64,000 nucleotides of DNA, from sequence record OZ035795.1; one strand, written 5' to 3'. A program made the translations under genes and the position numbers. The notes beneath the pieces are model-generated. The model searched no databases, had not been told where the DNA came from, and saw nothing but the letters and a program-made list of their open reading frames with translations. This document shows positions 27,370 through 35,488 of this stretch, one piece after another (positions within the stretch are counted from its first letter, which is position 1; each line of letters begins with the position of its first letter). This DNA comes from Krischvirus LF73P4.

Positions 27370-28362
27370 ATGACTAAAGCAAAAATCACCGTCTCTGACC
27401 GTAACGTTCAATGCCTGGATTCTGCGAAACAAATCAAACTGGCTAAACAGTGGGGCGAAGGTAAGTTTACTACCCGCGAAGCACTTGCGGCAGCATTTGG
27501 TGTATCTCGTCGCACTGCCTCCCGTGTATTACTGATTCAGAAAGACGCAGTAGCGGAAGGTCGCAAGGCACTAGAAAAACGTAAAGCACGCCGTAAAACC
27601 AGTAAAGGAAAAGGCGGTGAACGCGCAAAAAAGCCCGTGACTACTTCCTCAAAAATCGTAGCCATAGCCTCAACTAAGTTTATTACTATTACATGTGGTG
27701 ACATTGTTTATACTGCTGATCCATCACATGTTAACTTTAATGAAGCACTGGAAGCGATTAAACATAATGATTTCATCAAAGCTATTACGCTGATTGACAT
27801 TAAGAAAGCGGTTGAAGTATATTATCACGGCGCTTTCCGTATCGAAAATGGTATTGTGTATTATCATAATATTGTTCTTGATAATAATCTGACTCGTCGA
27901 GTTGTGGAGTCGATTAAAGAGAATAAGCCATATACGCACTATCTGAACTTCTTTGAGAAGTGCAAGAAAAACCCTAGCCGTAAGGCCGTAGATCGTCTAT
28001 TTGACTTCTTAGAGCACAACGACATTGAGATCGTGGAAGATGGTTGTTTCTATGCATGGAAACGTGTTGATGTTGATTATAAAGATTTCTTTACGCATAC
28101 GTTTGATAATAGCCCAGGTCGCACGGTTAAAATGAAGCGTAAAGACGTGGACCCAGATGATGATCGCACTTGCTCTAATGGCCTCCACGTTGCAGCGAAA
28201 CACTATATTCCGCACTATGGCGGTGGACGAGGCCGAATCATTAAATGTAAAGTTGATCCGCGTCACGTTGTAAGTATCCCGAAAGATTATGCGAATGCCA
28301 AAATGCGCTGTCATCGTTACTATGTGGTTGAAGATGTAACCGAAGGTTTTAGCCATTACTAA
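27370..28362 (+). CDS. rIIB: rIIB protein
   Basis: 330 aa from ATG 27370; conserved C-terminal core matching T4 rIIB as recalled (KAVDRLFDFL...YVVEDVTEGF). Confidence 0.85.
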   Translation: MTKAKITVSDRNVQCLDSAKQIKLAKQWGEGKFTTREALAAAFGVSRRTASRVLLIQKDAVAEGRKALEKRKARRKTSKGKGGERAKKPVTTSSKIVAIASTKFITITCGDIVYTADPSHVNFNEALEAIKHNDFIKAITLIDIKKAVEVYYHGAFRIENGIVYYHNIVLDNNLTRRVVESIKENKPYTHYLNFFEKCKKNPSRKAVDRLFDFLEHNDIEIVEDGCFYAWKRVDVDYKDFFTHTFDNSPGRTVKMKRKDVDPDDDRTCSNGLHVAAKHYIPHYGGGRGRIIKCKVDPRHVVSIPKDYANAKMRCHRYYVVEDVTEGFSHY

Positions 28363-28376
28363 CAGAGGAATTAATT

Positions 28377-28703
28377 ATGGTTGATATGAAAGTTACTTGC
28401 GAAAGTGCACATGTTGAAGTTGAAAGTAGCCAATATTCATTGCGTCCGTCCGGTCGTGTTACTGTGACTATGGATGATGTTGATTTGGTTAATAATGTTA
28501 GTGTTGAAGATATCGTTAATGAGTATGATCATAGCGAACTGCTAGACGCAATTCCTGAACATGTTGTTATCCAGCACGTAGTAAGCAATAATGATCCATC
28601 GACTTTCATTAAAGAATATGGCGCTGATGAAATGCTCGATGAAATTGGCGAAAAGATTGTTATTGCATGGCTTGAAAACAACGGTTATACTGTAGAACAA
28701 TAA
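28377..28703 (+). CDS. highly acidic small protein (candidate DNA mimic)
   Basis: 108 aa with 23 D/E versus 5 K/R by my count. Confidence 0.5.
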   Translation: MVDMKVTCESAHVEVESSQYSLRPSGRVTVTMDDVDLVNNVSVEDIVNEYDHSELLDAIPEHVVIQHVVSNNDPSTFIKEYGADEMLDEIGEKIVIAWLENNGYTVEQ

Positions 28704-28710
28704 TCAACAT

Positions 28711-28734
28711 AGGCCGCTTTGCGCGGCCTTTCTT
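28711..28734 (+). terminator. rho-independent terminator
   Basis: AGGCCGC-tttgc-GCGGCCT hairpin followed by TTCTT. Confidence 0.5.
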
Positions 28735-28748
28735 AGAGGGAATACATT

Positions 28749-29042
28749 ATGACAGTCACGGTTATTACCAAATACGACGACGAAAATGTGATTTACGGTG
28801 ATGTGGTTGTTGTTCACGGTCGTAGCATGAAAGTTACTGGCAATTGTAAAGATGGTGCTATTATTTGCGGTGAATTGGTGAGAACAGTCAATCCTATCAC
28901 CGACGAACAAAAGCGAGTCATTATCAGAAAACTTAAAGACAGTGGATATTGTAACGTCGTGGTGATTCAAGAAAAAATTGAAGTAGGCCAATTATACACA
29001 AATCAGAAAACAATTCCGGTATCAATGGTTAAAGGCGGTTAA
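28749..29042 (+). CDS. hypothetical protein
   Basis: 97-aa ORF. Confidence 0.45.
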   Translation: MTVTVITKYDDENVIYGDVVVVHGRSMKVTGNCKDGAIICGELVRTVNPITDEQKRVIIRKLKDSGYCNVVVIQEKIEVGQLYTNQKTIPVSMVKGG

Positions 29043-29044
29043 TA

Positions 29045-29407
29045 ATGCTAGGTCATTCTAAAATAGAAGATTGCTCATTCAGAGCAATGAAAGATGATTT
29101 TTCGGTCCTGTACGCGTCTATCCGAGAGTTGTTTGTAGATTTTAAGCAATTCAGAGAATACAAAGGAGTTAAGATGCGGGAGTGGGTATTCTGGCCTTTC
29201 TATATCATTACTCTGTTTTCTATGGTATTTTGTTTTGTCGGGATCACTATCGCTAGTTTTGTCACTTGCGTTTTCCTGATTATCAGGTGTATCATGTTTG
29301 CTTTGATTGCTGCCCCGTTTATTGTGTCAATCCTTCCGTTAAAATGGCTATTGGATTGGGCTGATAAATCTGATAAAGTAAAGAATGTGATTTGTAAGCG
29401 TGTATGA
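29045..29407 (+). CDS. hypothetical membrane protein
   Basis: 120 aa with long hydrophobic segments. Confidence 0.5.
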   Translation: MLGHSKIEDCSFRAMKDDFSVLYASIRELFVDFKQFREYKGVKMREWVFWPFYIITLFSMVFCFVGITIASFVTCVFLIIRCIMFALIAAPFIVSILPLKWLLDWADKSDKVKNVICKRV

Positions 29408-29414
29408 GGTGAAG

Positions 29415-30761
29415 ATGAATAAATCAGTTACTTACCGCAGCCTTGAAAGCATTGTACATAATGAAGCTAAGGAATATGCGATCTATTCTGCCGAGGAACG
29501 CGGGATTCCTCAATTAGTAGATGGGCTTAAACCAGTGCAACGCTTTGTTATGGAATGTGCTTTGCAAAAGAGTAAAGGCGACCGTAAGAAATTCCGTAAG
29601 ATGGCAGATATTGGATCTGGTGTTGCTGAGTTGGGTTATCACCACGGGGAAACTAATGCCGTAGAAGCCGGATCACTCATGGCGAATACATGGAGCAATA
29701 ATACTCCACTGCTTGACGGTCAAGGTAACTTCGGATCTCGTTTAGTCCAGAAAGCAGGTGCAGCACGTTATATCTTTGCTCGTGTGCATGAAAACTTCTT
29801 TAAAATCTATAAAGATATGAATTGCGCACCTAAGCACGAAGATCTGGAACACATCCCGCCAGCGTTCTACTTGCCAGTTGTGCCAATGGTATTGGCTAAT
29901 GGTATTAGTGGTATTGCTACAGGGTATAAAACTGACATTTTACCGCATTCACTGGAAAGCCTCATTGAATGCACAGAGCTAGCACTTGCCGGAAAACTGG
30001 ATAAAGAACCTAGTGTTCAATTCCCGAAATTCACGGGTAAAGTTATCCCGCGAGATGATCGCGATGGTGTGATTCTTGAGGGTACATATGAACTAAACGG
30101 CAAGACTAAACTGACAATATCAGAAGTTCCTTATAAGTTCGACCGTGAAGAATATGTAGCGGTACTGGATGCACTGGAAGAAAAAGATCTGATTGTATCG
30201 TATAATGACCGTTGCTCTAAGGACGGATTCAGATTTGAAGTAACACTGAAACGCGATTATTTCAAAAGCGAAGATGAATCCGCTCGACATGAGCAAATCA
30301 TGAAGGATTTTAAACTAACGCAGTTAGTAGCCCAGAATATCGTAGTGGTTAATGAACGTGGTTTAGTAGAAGTATTCGAGAAAGCGAGCGATCTGATCCG
30401 TCGATTCGTCGAAATCCGATTAGGGTATGTTGATAAACGCATTGAATTGATGCAAGCGGAAACGCTGGAAGCATACAATTATGCAATGGCTAAAGCCGAA
30501 TTTATCGATCGCGTAATTAAGGGCGAAATCGAGCTACAGGGCAAGAAAAAGGCCGAGGTAATGCAATCCATCAATGGACATGAAAAACTGCGTCCATACG
30601 CCGATAAGCTAGTTTCTATGCCATTGTATAGCGTTACTCAAGAAGAGTATGATCGACTGGTCAAAGATGCCAATAAACATCATAGTGAATATGAGTATTG
30701 GACAAAGACGACAGCAATGAAGGAATATAAGAAAGATCTTAAAGAACTTAAGAAGGGTTGA
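29415..30761 (+). CDS. 52: DNA topoisomerase II medium subunit gp52 (GyrA-like)
   Basis: 448 aa from ATG 29415; conserved blocks (GLKPVQRF, GYHHGE, LLDGQGNFGSR) as in T4 gp52. Confidence 0.9.
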   Translation: MNKSVTYRSLESIVHNEAKEYAIYSAEERGIPQLVDGLKPVQRFVMECALQKSKGDRKKFRKMADIGSGVAELGYHHGETNAVEAGSLMANTWSNNTPLLDGQGNFGSRLVQKAGAARYIFARVHENFFKIYKDMNCAPKHEDLEHIPPAFYLPVVPMVLANGISGIATGYKTDILPHSLESLIECTELALAGKLDKEPSVQFPKFTGKVIPRDDRDGVILEGTYELNGKTKLTISEVPYKFDREEYVAVLDALEEKDLIVSYNDRCSKDGFRFEVTLKRDYFKSEDESARHEQIMKDFKLTQLVAQNIVVVNERGLVEVFEKASDLIRRFVEIRLGYVDKRIELMQAETLEAYNYAMAKAEFIDRVIKGEIELQGKKKAEVMQSINGHEKLRPYADKLVSMPLYSVTQEEYDRLVKDANKHHSEYEYWTKTTAMKEYKKDLKELKKG

Positions 30762-30967
30762 TTATGAAAGAATATCCAGAAGGCGGTTATATTGCATTTG
30801 TGTACAACAATAAAAAGATTGTGCCAATGGTCGTTGAGACTATGGAAGAAGCCAACCGGATCACTATTGAATCTCTGAATAAGTTAGCAGAGATAACAAA
30901 CACACCAGAACACAGAGCAACGATAGACTATTTGATGAAAGAATTTTTGGAGGGAAAGTATGACTGA
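30758..30967 (+). CDS. hypothetical protein
   Basis: 69-aa ORF. Confidence 0.45.
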   Translation: MIMKEYPEGGYIAFVYNNKKIVPMVVETMEEANRITIESLNKLAEITNTPEHRATIDYLMKEFLEGKYD

Positions 30968-31352
30968 ACGACGCATCACTTCAAATGGTTTGGGTACTCA
31001 TCATGCCTGGATGGTTAATCCAGACAAAAATCCTTATAAACTTTACGATACAACGATTAAACCGTGGAATAATGACGTATGGAAATCATCACCATCAATT
31101 AATCCGATGACTGATCCGAGACCGATTAGCCCAATGGCGGACCCAGTACAGATCAAGCCGTTGCCTTACCAGATAACGACGAATAGCATAGCCAACAAAC
31201 AAGAAAATGATATTGATATGATCTACGAGATGATTAAACTTTGGCGTGATGTTTATCTGGGTGTTCTATGCAACACAGATAAAAGTGCACATGCGGCAGC
31301 GGTGCTGGCATCTCATGCAGTAGACGAAGCCAAAAAGAAATTTAGTAAGTAA
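30960..31352 (+). CDS. hypothetical protein
   Basis: 130-aa ORF. Confidence 0.5.
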   Translation: MTERRITSNGLGTHHAWMVNPDKNPYKLYDTTIKPWNNDVWKSSPSINPMTDPRPISPMADPVQIKPLPYQITTNSIANKQENDIDMIYEMIKLWRDVYLGVLCNTDKSAHAAAVLASHAVDEAKKKFSK

Positions 31353-31361
31353 CTGACTATT

Positions 31362-31388
31362 AAGCCGATCCTTGTGGTCGGCTTTTTT
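31362..31388 (+). terminator. rho-independent terminator
   Basis: AAGCCGATC / GGTCGGCTT hairpin followed by TTTTTT. Confidence 0.55.
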
Positions 31389-31402
31389 ATTTGAAAAGTT
31401 GT

Positions 31403-31431
31403 TTGACTTCCATAATCCAGCATTGCATAAT
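31403..31431 (+). promoter_or_regulatory. sigma70-type promoter TTGACT-17-CATAAT
   Basis: -35 at 31403-31408, -10 at 31426-31431. Confidence 0.45.
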
Positions 31432-31462
31432 ACACACAGTGAAACAAAAAGGAGATTCAAAA

Positions 31463-31669
31463 ATGAAAGTACGTTGCATTGAAACAGATCACATCAATTA
31501 TAGCTTTAGTGTTGGGTGTGATTATGATGTTGATGTATTCACGGACAATAGCGGAAACACATTTGATGTAGTTCATGGTGACTATATTTGGTTTTACTTT
31601 GACAAACAACAACTTACTGCAACCAAACGAAACGGTGATCCGGTAGCAAAATTTGAAATAATCGAATAA
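31463..31669 (+). CDS. hypothetical protein
   Basis: 68 aa; GGAG 8 nt upstream of ATG 31463. Confidence 0.45.
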   Translation: MKVRCIETDHINYSFSVGCDYDVDVFTDNSGNTFDVVHGDYIWFYFDKQQLTATKRNGDPVAKFEIIE

Positions 31670-31675
31670 AGTCTA

Positions 31676-31710
31676 TTGACACCAGAACAAGGGAGTAGTA
31701 ACATACTCCC
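31676..31710 (+). promoter_or_regulatory. repeated promoter + stem-loop cassette, copy 1 (TTGACA-17-TAACAT; GGGAGTA/TACTCCC)
   Basis: -35 at 31676-31681, -10 at 31699-31704, inverted repeat 31691-31710. Confidence 0.5.
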
Positions 31711-31735
31711 ATACCAAACAAAAGGAGAATCAAAG

Positions 31736-32008
31736 ATGAACAACGAAAACAGCAAGGTGTTAGCAATTGCCGATAAAGTAGGTTACTGGAAATGCTGGGA
31801 TGATATGGAGAAATTAGGCGGTCGCTATCTCGATAACTTAGAGTTGCATTATTGCCAAGCGCGTAATGCAGAAGTTGCGGGAGTAGCAATCGAAGATATT
31901 CCGTCTAAAGTCTTCGGATTCTCTAAAGATGATACTCTAGAATATGTTTTCAAGGCTGTTATGGATCAAGCATGGGAAGACGCAGAGACACGCGCTCTTG
32001 ATTGGTGA
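31736..32008 (+). CDS. hypothetical protein
   Basis: 90 aa; AGGAG upstream. Confidence 0.45.
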   Translation: MNNENSKVLAIADKVGYWKCWDDMEKLGGRYLDNLELHYCQARNAEVAGVAIEDIPSKVFGFSKDDTLEYVFKAVMDQAWEDAETRALDW

Positions 32009-32012
32009 TAAT

Positions 32013-32183
32013 ATGAACTGGTATAAAATTTGGAAAAATCAGGTGGAGGCTTATCTAGGGTATAAGCCCACCGACGAAGAATTACTTGAAGCAATGTACG
32101 AAGACGGAATAAATCCGAAAGTAGCCGCGCAAGAATACGCGGAATGGATGAAGGTCGAAGATAACATAAAGGGGAAACTATGA
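32013..32183 (+). CDS. hypothetical protein
   Basis: 56-aa ORF. Confidence 0.35.
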   Translation: MNWYKIWKNQVEAYLGYKPTDEELLEAMYEDGINPKVAAQEYAEWMKVEDNIKGKL

Positions 32184-32380
32184 AGAAAATGATTGCAATT
32201 GCTTTGCTGGCTAGTGCATGTACTGTAAATGCTAATACCGCAGCGATGGTCGCGGCTGTAACTGCCGCAAATGCTTCCGTTATGGCATCGCAAGAGGCAG
32301 CACGCCAGCAAGCACAACAAGAAGCCCAGCGAAAAGCGCATGAGGCGACGAAAAAATTTCACGAAAATAACAAAAATTAG
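32180..32380 (+). CDS. small exported protein (signal peptide; possible lipoprotein)
   Basis: MKKMIAIALLASAC N-terminus; Ala/Gln-rich helical remainder. Confidence 0.45.
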   Translation: MKKMIAIALLASACTVNANTAAMVAAVTAANASVMASQEAARQQAQQEAQRKAHEATKKFHENNKN

Positions 32381-32415
32381 TTGACTCCAAAGGTCATCGG
32401 TAGTATTATACTCCC
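32381..32415 (+). promoter_or_regulatory. repeated promoter + stem-loop cassette, degenerate copy 2 (TTGACT-17-TATTAT)
   Basis: -35 at 32381-32386, -10 at 32404-32409, imperfect repeat ending TACTCCC 32409-32415. Confidence 0.45.
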
Positions 32416-32442
32416 ATACCGAAACGAACTGGAGGAATTAAA

Positions 32443-32685
32443 ATGGTTAAAGTTAATGTTATCGAAGTTGCACTGTATGACGCTGGTATCTTCCTGAATG
32501 AAAAAGAAGCTGCCGTTCTCGATGAACTGAAAACTGTTTTTGTTCCTGTAGTAGAAGACGTAGAAGCAATCAAAATCGCTTCTCGTAAACTGTCCCGCGA
32601 AGCATTCGATATGATTGATCCGGTTTTCAAAGTTATGCACGAATGCGCGGTTATGATGACCGAAGAAGAAGCGAAAAATTTCTAA
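32443..32685 (+). CDS. hypothetical protein
   Basis: 80-aa ORF; GGAGGA upstream. Confidence 0.45.
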   Translation: MVKVNVIEVALYDAGIFLNEKEAAVLDELKTVFVPVVEDVEAIKIASRKLSREAFDMIDPVFKVMHECAVMMTEEEAKNF

Positions 32686-32692
32686 AAACTAG

Positions 32693-32727
32693 TTGACGTA
32701 AAGATAAGGGAGTAGTAACATACTCCC
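32693..32727 (+). promoter_or_regulatory. repeated promoter + stem-loop cassette, copy 3 (TTGACG-17-TAACAT)
   Basis: -35 at 32693-32698, -10 at 32716-32721, inverted repeat 32708-32727. Confidence 0.5.
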
Positions 32728-32750
32728 ATACCAAACGAAAGGAGAATCAC

Positions 32751-32963
32751 ATGAAATCTATCGAGCAAGTAGTAACAGAGTTTATGAGCTACGAAGGAAA
32801 CCGCATCTTTGGACGTTCTCAAGTTCGCGAGATCGTAGAAGAAGTTGCGGGAGAGTTTGCGGAATCTGGTCACGTTATCACGCAAGAACGTAAAGAAGAA
32901 GCAGTAAGCCAGATCATGGCTATGCAGAAAATGCGTATTAATGCACGAGCGGGTAAAAATTAA
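32751..32963 (+). CDS. hypothetical protein
   Basis: 70-aa ORF; GGAG upstream. Confidence 0.45.
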   Translation: MKSIEQVVTEFMSYEGNRIFGRSQVREIVEEVAGEFAESGHVITQERKEEAVSQIMAMQKMRINARAGKN

Positions 32964-32973
32964 AAAATAGTTG

Positions 32974-33008
32974 TTGACACAGGATTAAGGGAGTAGTAAG
33001 ATACTCCC
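32974..33008 (+). promoter_or_regulatory. repeated promoter + stem-loop cassette, copy 4 (TTGACA-17-TAAGAT)
   Basis: -35 at 32974-32979, -10 at 32997-33002, inverted repeat 32989-33008. Confidence 0.5.
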
Positions 33009-33036
33009 ATCAAGACAAAACATTGAGGAATATATT

Positions 33037-33795
33037 ATGAAAAACATTATCGCTGCTATCGTTCTTTCCGCTACTGCTTTCGGTGCTAATGCTGCGTCCT
33101 TTGATTGCGCTAAAGCTACTACCAAATCAGAGAAGTTTATTTGTGCTAATGAGTCTATCTCCGCACTGGACTCTAAACTTCATGAAGTGTATGTTAAGGC
33201 TGTTAAGATTGATCCGTCTCTGAAACAAGAGCAACGAAACTGGAATAAAACTGTTCGTGATACAATGATCAATATCGGGCAGATTCAGCCACTGGAGGCT
33301 GTATACAACGCTCAAATCCAAAACTTGATGAATGTATTACCTAAAGAAGAAACCGCGTCAGAAAGCGATTCAGAGACTTCTGCGAAGGTTGAAGAAGAAC
33401 AACCGAAACAGGAAGCAAAAGTGGTAGAAGAACCGAAGGTCGAAACTTTTACCTATCAATGCACCGTTCGTTATGAGTGGAGTATGAAAGATGGAATTTC
33501 CACAAAAATTAAAGAAGCGCCACTGTATGCCAAATATGGAAATCAACCAGGAGATCTTAAAGTAACCATTAAAAATGGGAAGATGGTTGATTTTGTATAC
33601 ATTGATGAATACAACGTACACAAAGCAAACGTACAAGAAACCGTTATGACTAAAGGCGGGTTTTATAAGAATGTTGGCAAGAAAGATCTATATGAATACT
33701 CCGTTTTCGAACCAAACGACGGAACTATTCGATTCGAAAAACGTCATCCTACATTCGGTGGCGCAATTGATGTAGATCAATACGTTTGCAAGTAA
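33037..33795 (+). CDS. exported protein with DUF1311/LprI-like N-terminal domain
   Basis: Signal peptide ending ANA; FDCAKATT..EKFIC..ESISALDSKL..Y motif; acidic/lysine linker. Confidence 0.55.
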   Translation: MKNIIAAIVLSATAFGANAASFDCAKATTKSEKFICANESISALDSKLHEVYVKAVKIDPSLKQEQRNWNKTVRDTMINIGQIQPLEAVYNAQIQNLMNVLPKEETASESDSETSAKVEEEQPKQEAKVVEEPKVETFTYQCTVRYEWSMKDGISTKIKEAPLYAKYGNQPGDLKVTIKNGKMVDFVYIDEYNVHKANVQETVMTKGGFYKNVGKKDLYEYSVFEPNDGTIRFEKRHPTFGGAIDVDQYVCK

Positions 33796-33806
33796 GAGGT
33801 TAAATT

Positions 33807-34094
33807 ATGAAATTCAATAACATGAAGATCACAAAAGATTGGTGGGATGCGATGCGAGATACTCCAGAAACCAAATTGAATGAGACCACAACAACAATAC
33901 AAGTTGATTACGAAGATCCGAAAGACATATACAGAGAGATTTTAATCAGAGATCTTATAAAAGCTGGAAACTATCAAACACCAGATGGCCTTATTGACAT
34001 GATGGTTAAAGGTCTGTATAGTGGTAAAAATACAGATATTTTACCGTGGTACGAGGGATATTTTAAAACATATCGTGACCACAACCGAAAATAA
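33807..34094 (+). CDS. hypothetical protein
   Basis: 95-aa ORF. Confidence 0.45.
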   Translation: MKFNNMKITKDWWDAMRDTPETKLNETTTTIQVDYEDPKDIYREILIRDLIKAGNYQTPDGLIDMMVKGLYSGKNTDILPWYEGYFKTYRDHNRK

Positions 34095-34117
34095 TTTGTT
34101 GACGTGAGGATTATATT

Positions 34118-34309
34118 ATGGTAATTTTTAATCGTGATGGTATTATAGTTCGACAGCATCCATTCCTTGAATACTATCAGGTTGAACAATGGGGATATGG
34201 AGATTGCAACCGCTCATACGGTCAAAGCTGGGGATACCGTACAGTTTTTGAATCAACTAATATTGACAAAGTACGACAGAAAGTTTTAGAACTTCTTAAC
34301 GATAAGTGA
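34118..34309 (+). CDS. hypothetical protein
   Basis: 63-aa ORF; GAGGA upstream. Confidence 0.4.
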   Translation: MVIFNRDGIIVRQHPFLEYYQVEQWGYGDCNRSYGQSWGYRTVFESTNIDKVRQKVLELLNDK

Positions 34310-34319
34310 GGATTACATC

Positions 34320-34688
34320 ATGGAAATTCAAAACAATTACGAAAAATGTGTTATTATCAATGATTTGCAACGTCAATTGCATCATTACGAAACCGATTAT
34401 AAAACAGCAACCAAAACCGGAAAGTTGAAAGTGTGGGAAGTATGGTATAACCGAAACTATCTGGGAAGTATCCACAAACTTGATCGCAGTGATGTTTATA
34501 CAATGCATGTAGGCGCTTGTGGTGAATCGGATGTAGCATCTAATTTCATGGAAGCACTTGCATTCTATGTAGAATATCTGGTAGACTATATCGAGTTGGA
34601 AGAGGAAGTGGTAGAATTGCTTCCTCCACCGGAAGAAGCGCCGGAAGCAACGATCCTGAAAGCATTAAAGAAAATCTTTGTTAAGTGA
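34320..34688 (+). CDS. hypothetical protein
   Basis: 122-aa ORF. Confidence 0.45.
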   Translation: MEIQNNYEKCVIINDLQRQLHHYETDYKTATKTGKLKVWEVWYNRNYLGSIHKLDRSDVYTMHVGACGESDVASNFMEALAFYVEYLVDYIELEEEVVELLPPPEEAPEATILKALKKIFVK

Positions 34689-34696
34689 GGTGAACT

Positions 34697-35029
34697 ATGA
34701 AAAATGTACTGATTGTGTGGGAACTGATTCCAGAAACTACTGAATTATACATGGTACAGGTTGATAATAAAGAATTTGAAATTCTGAAACGCGTCAACTG
34801 CAAATATATTAACATTGATGACATGACCCCAGAAATGGACTATGTAAACTATGCTCTCATGCAGCCTAGTTGGATTATGGATGAAACCAAAGCAGACGCC
34901 GAATCGCTGGGTGTACCGGAAGAAGTATTAGCGAAATGGCATCAATTCAAAGTTGAAATAAAAGAGGGCGAACCGTTTATTCCTAGCGGTATGATCGATG
35001 CGGTGATCGTAACAGGTTTTCATCTGTAA
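34697..35029 (+). CDS. hypothetical protein
   Basis: 110-aa ORF. Confidence 0.45.
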   Translation: MKNVLIVWELIPETTELYMVQVDNKEFEILKRVNCKYINIDDMTPEMDYVNYALMQPSWIMDETKADAESLGVPEEVLAKWHQFKVEIKEGEPFIPSGMIDAVIVTGFHL

Positions 35030-35041
35030 GGAGATTATACA

Positions 35042-35374
35042 ATGTTTAACTATGACAAATATGAATCATGGAAAGCGACCGAATTGAAAGAGGCAGCGCG
35101 GTTAATCACACCGCGTCTTTATCCGGTGTTGTTTAGCGCCGATAAAGTAACAAGGGAAGTAAACGAGGCGCTATCGGTTTTAGGCTATCTGATCGATAAA
35201 GTAGAGAAAACATCGGTATTCACAAATAGCGTAGAATATACCCGGTATCGAGTGTTTTTAGATTCCTTGCTCGTTGTCATTAAAGCACTAAATGATCATA
35301 ACTACACCATGAACATGACGAAAATAATCGACGAAGCAAGAATTATGACAGAGAATATTTTCGGTAAATTTTGA
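35042..35374 (+). CDS. hypothetical protein (paralog of 35489-35812)
   Basis: 110 aa; C-terminus ...DEARIMTENIFGKF matches neighbour's ...NDARKLAENVYGKF. Confidence 0.5.
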   Translation: MFNYDKYESWKATELKEAARLITPRLYPVLFSADKVTREVNEALSVLGYLIDKVEKTSVFTNSVEYTRYRVFLDSLLVVIKALNDHNYTMNMTKIIDEARIMTENIFGKF

Positions 35375-35488
35375 TTATGAAAGATGATGAATCATTGAAA
35401 ATTGCACTGGTTATGCTATTACAAGGTATAGAATTAGCAAACCACGAAAAAATGTTGACACAACAGCGTGAAATTATGAGAGGTGATT

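Noticed and set aside
31391-32183. Longer ORF versions from the six-frame track (31391-31669, 31676-32008, 31944-32183)
   Set aside because: Upstream extensions would run through promoter/terminator elements and lack an SD; downstream ATGs at 31463, 31736 and 32013 have proper SD spacing.
31676-33008. Repeated about 35-45 bp elements at regular intervals could be mistaken for a CRISPR array
   Set aside because: Repeats are not uniform, the intervening segments are full protein-coding ORFs with ribosome-binding sites, and each repeat contains -35/-10 promoter elements; interpreted as promoter/stem-loop cassettes.
34099-34104. TTGACG hexamer upstream of ORF 34118
   Set aside because: A -10 element at 17-bp spacing would fall inside the start codon region; no usable promoter geometry.
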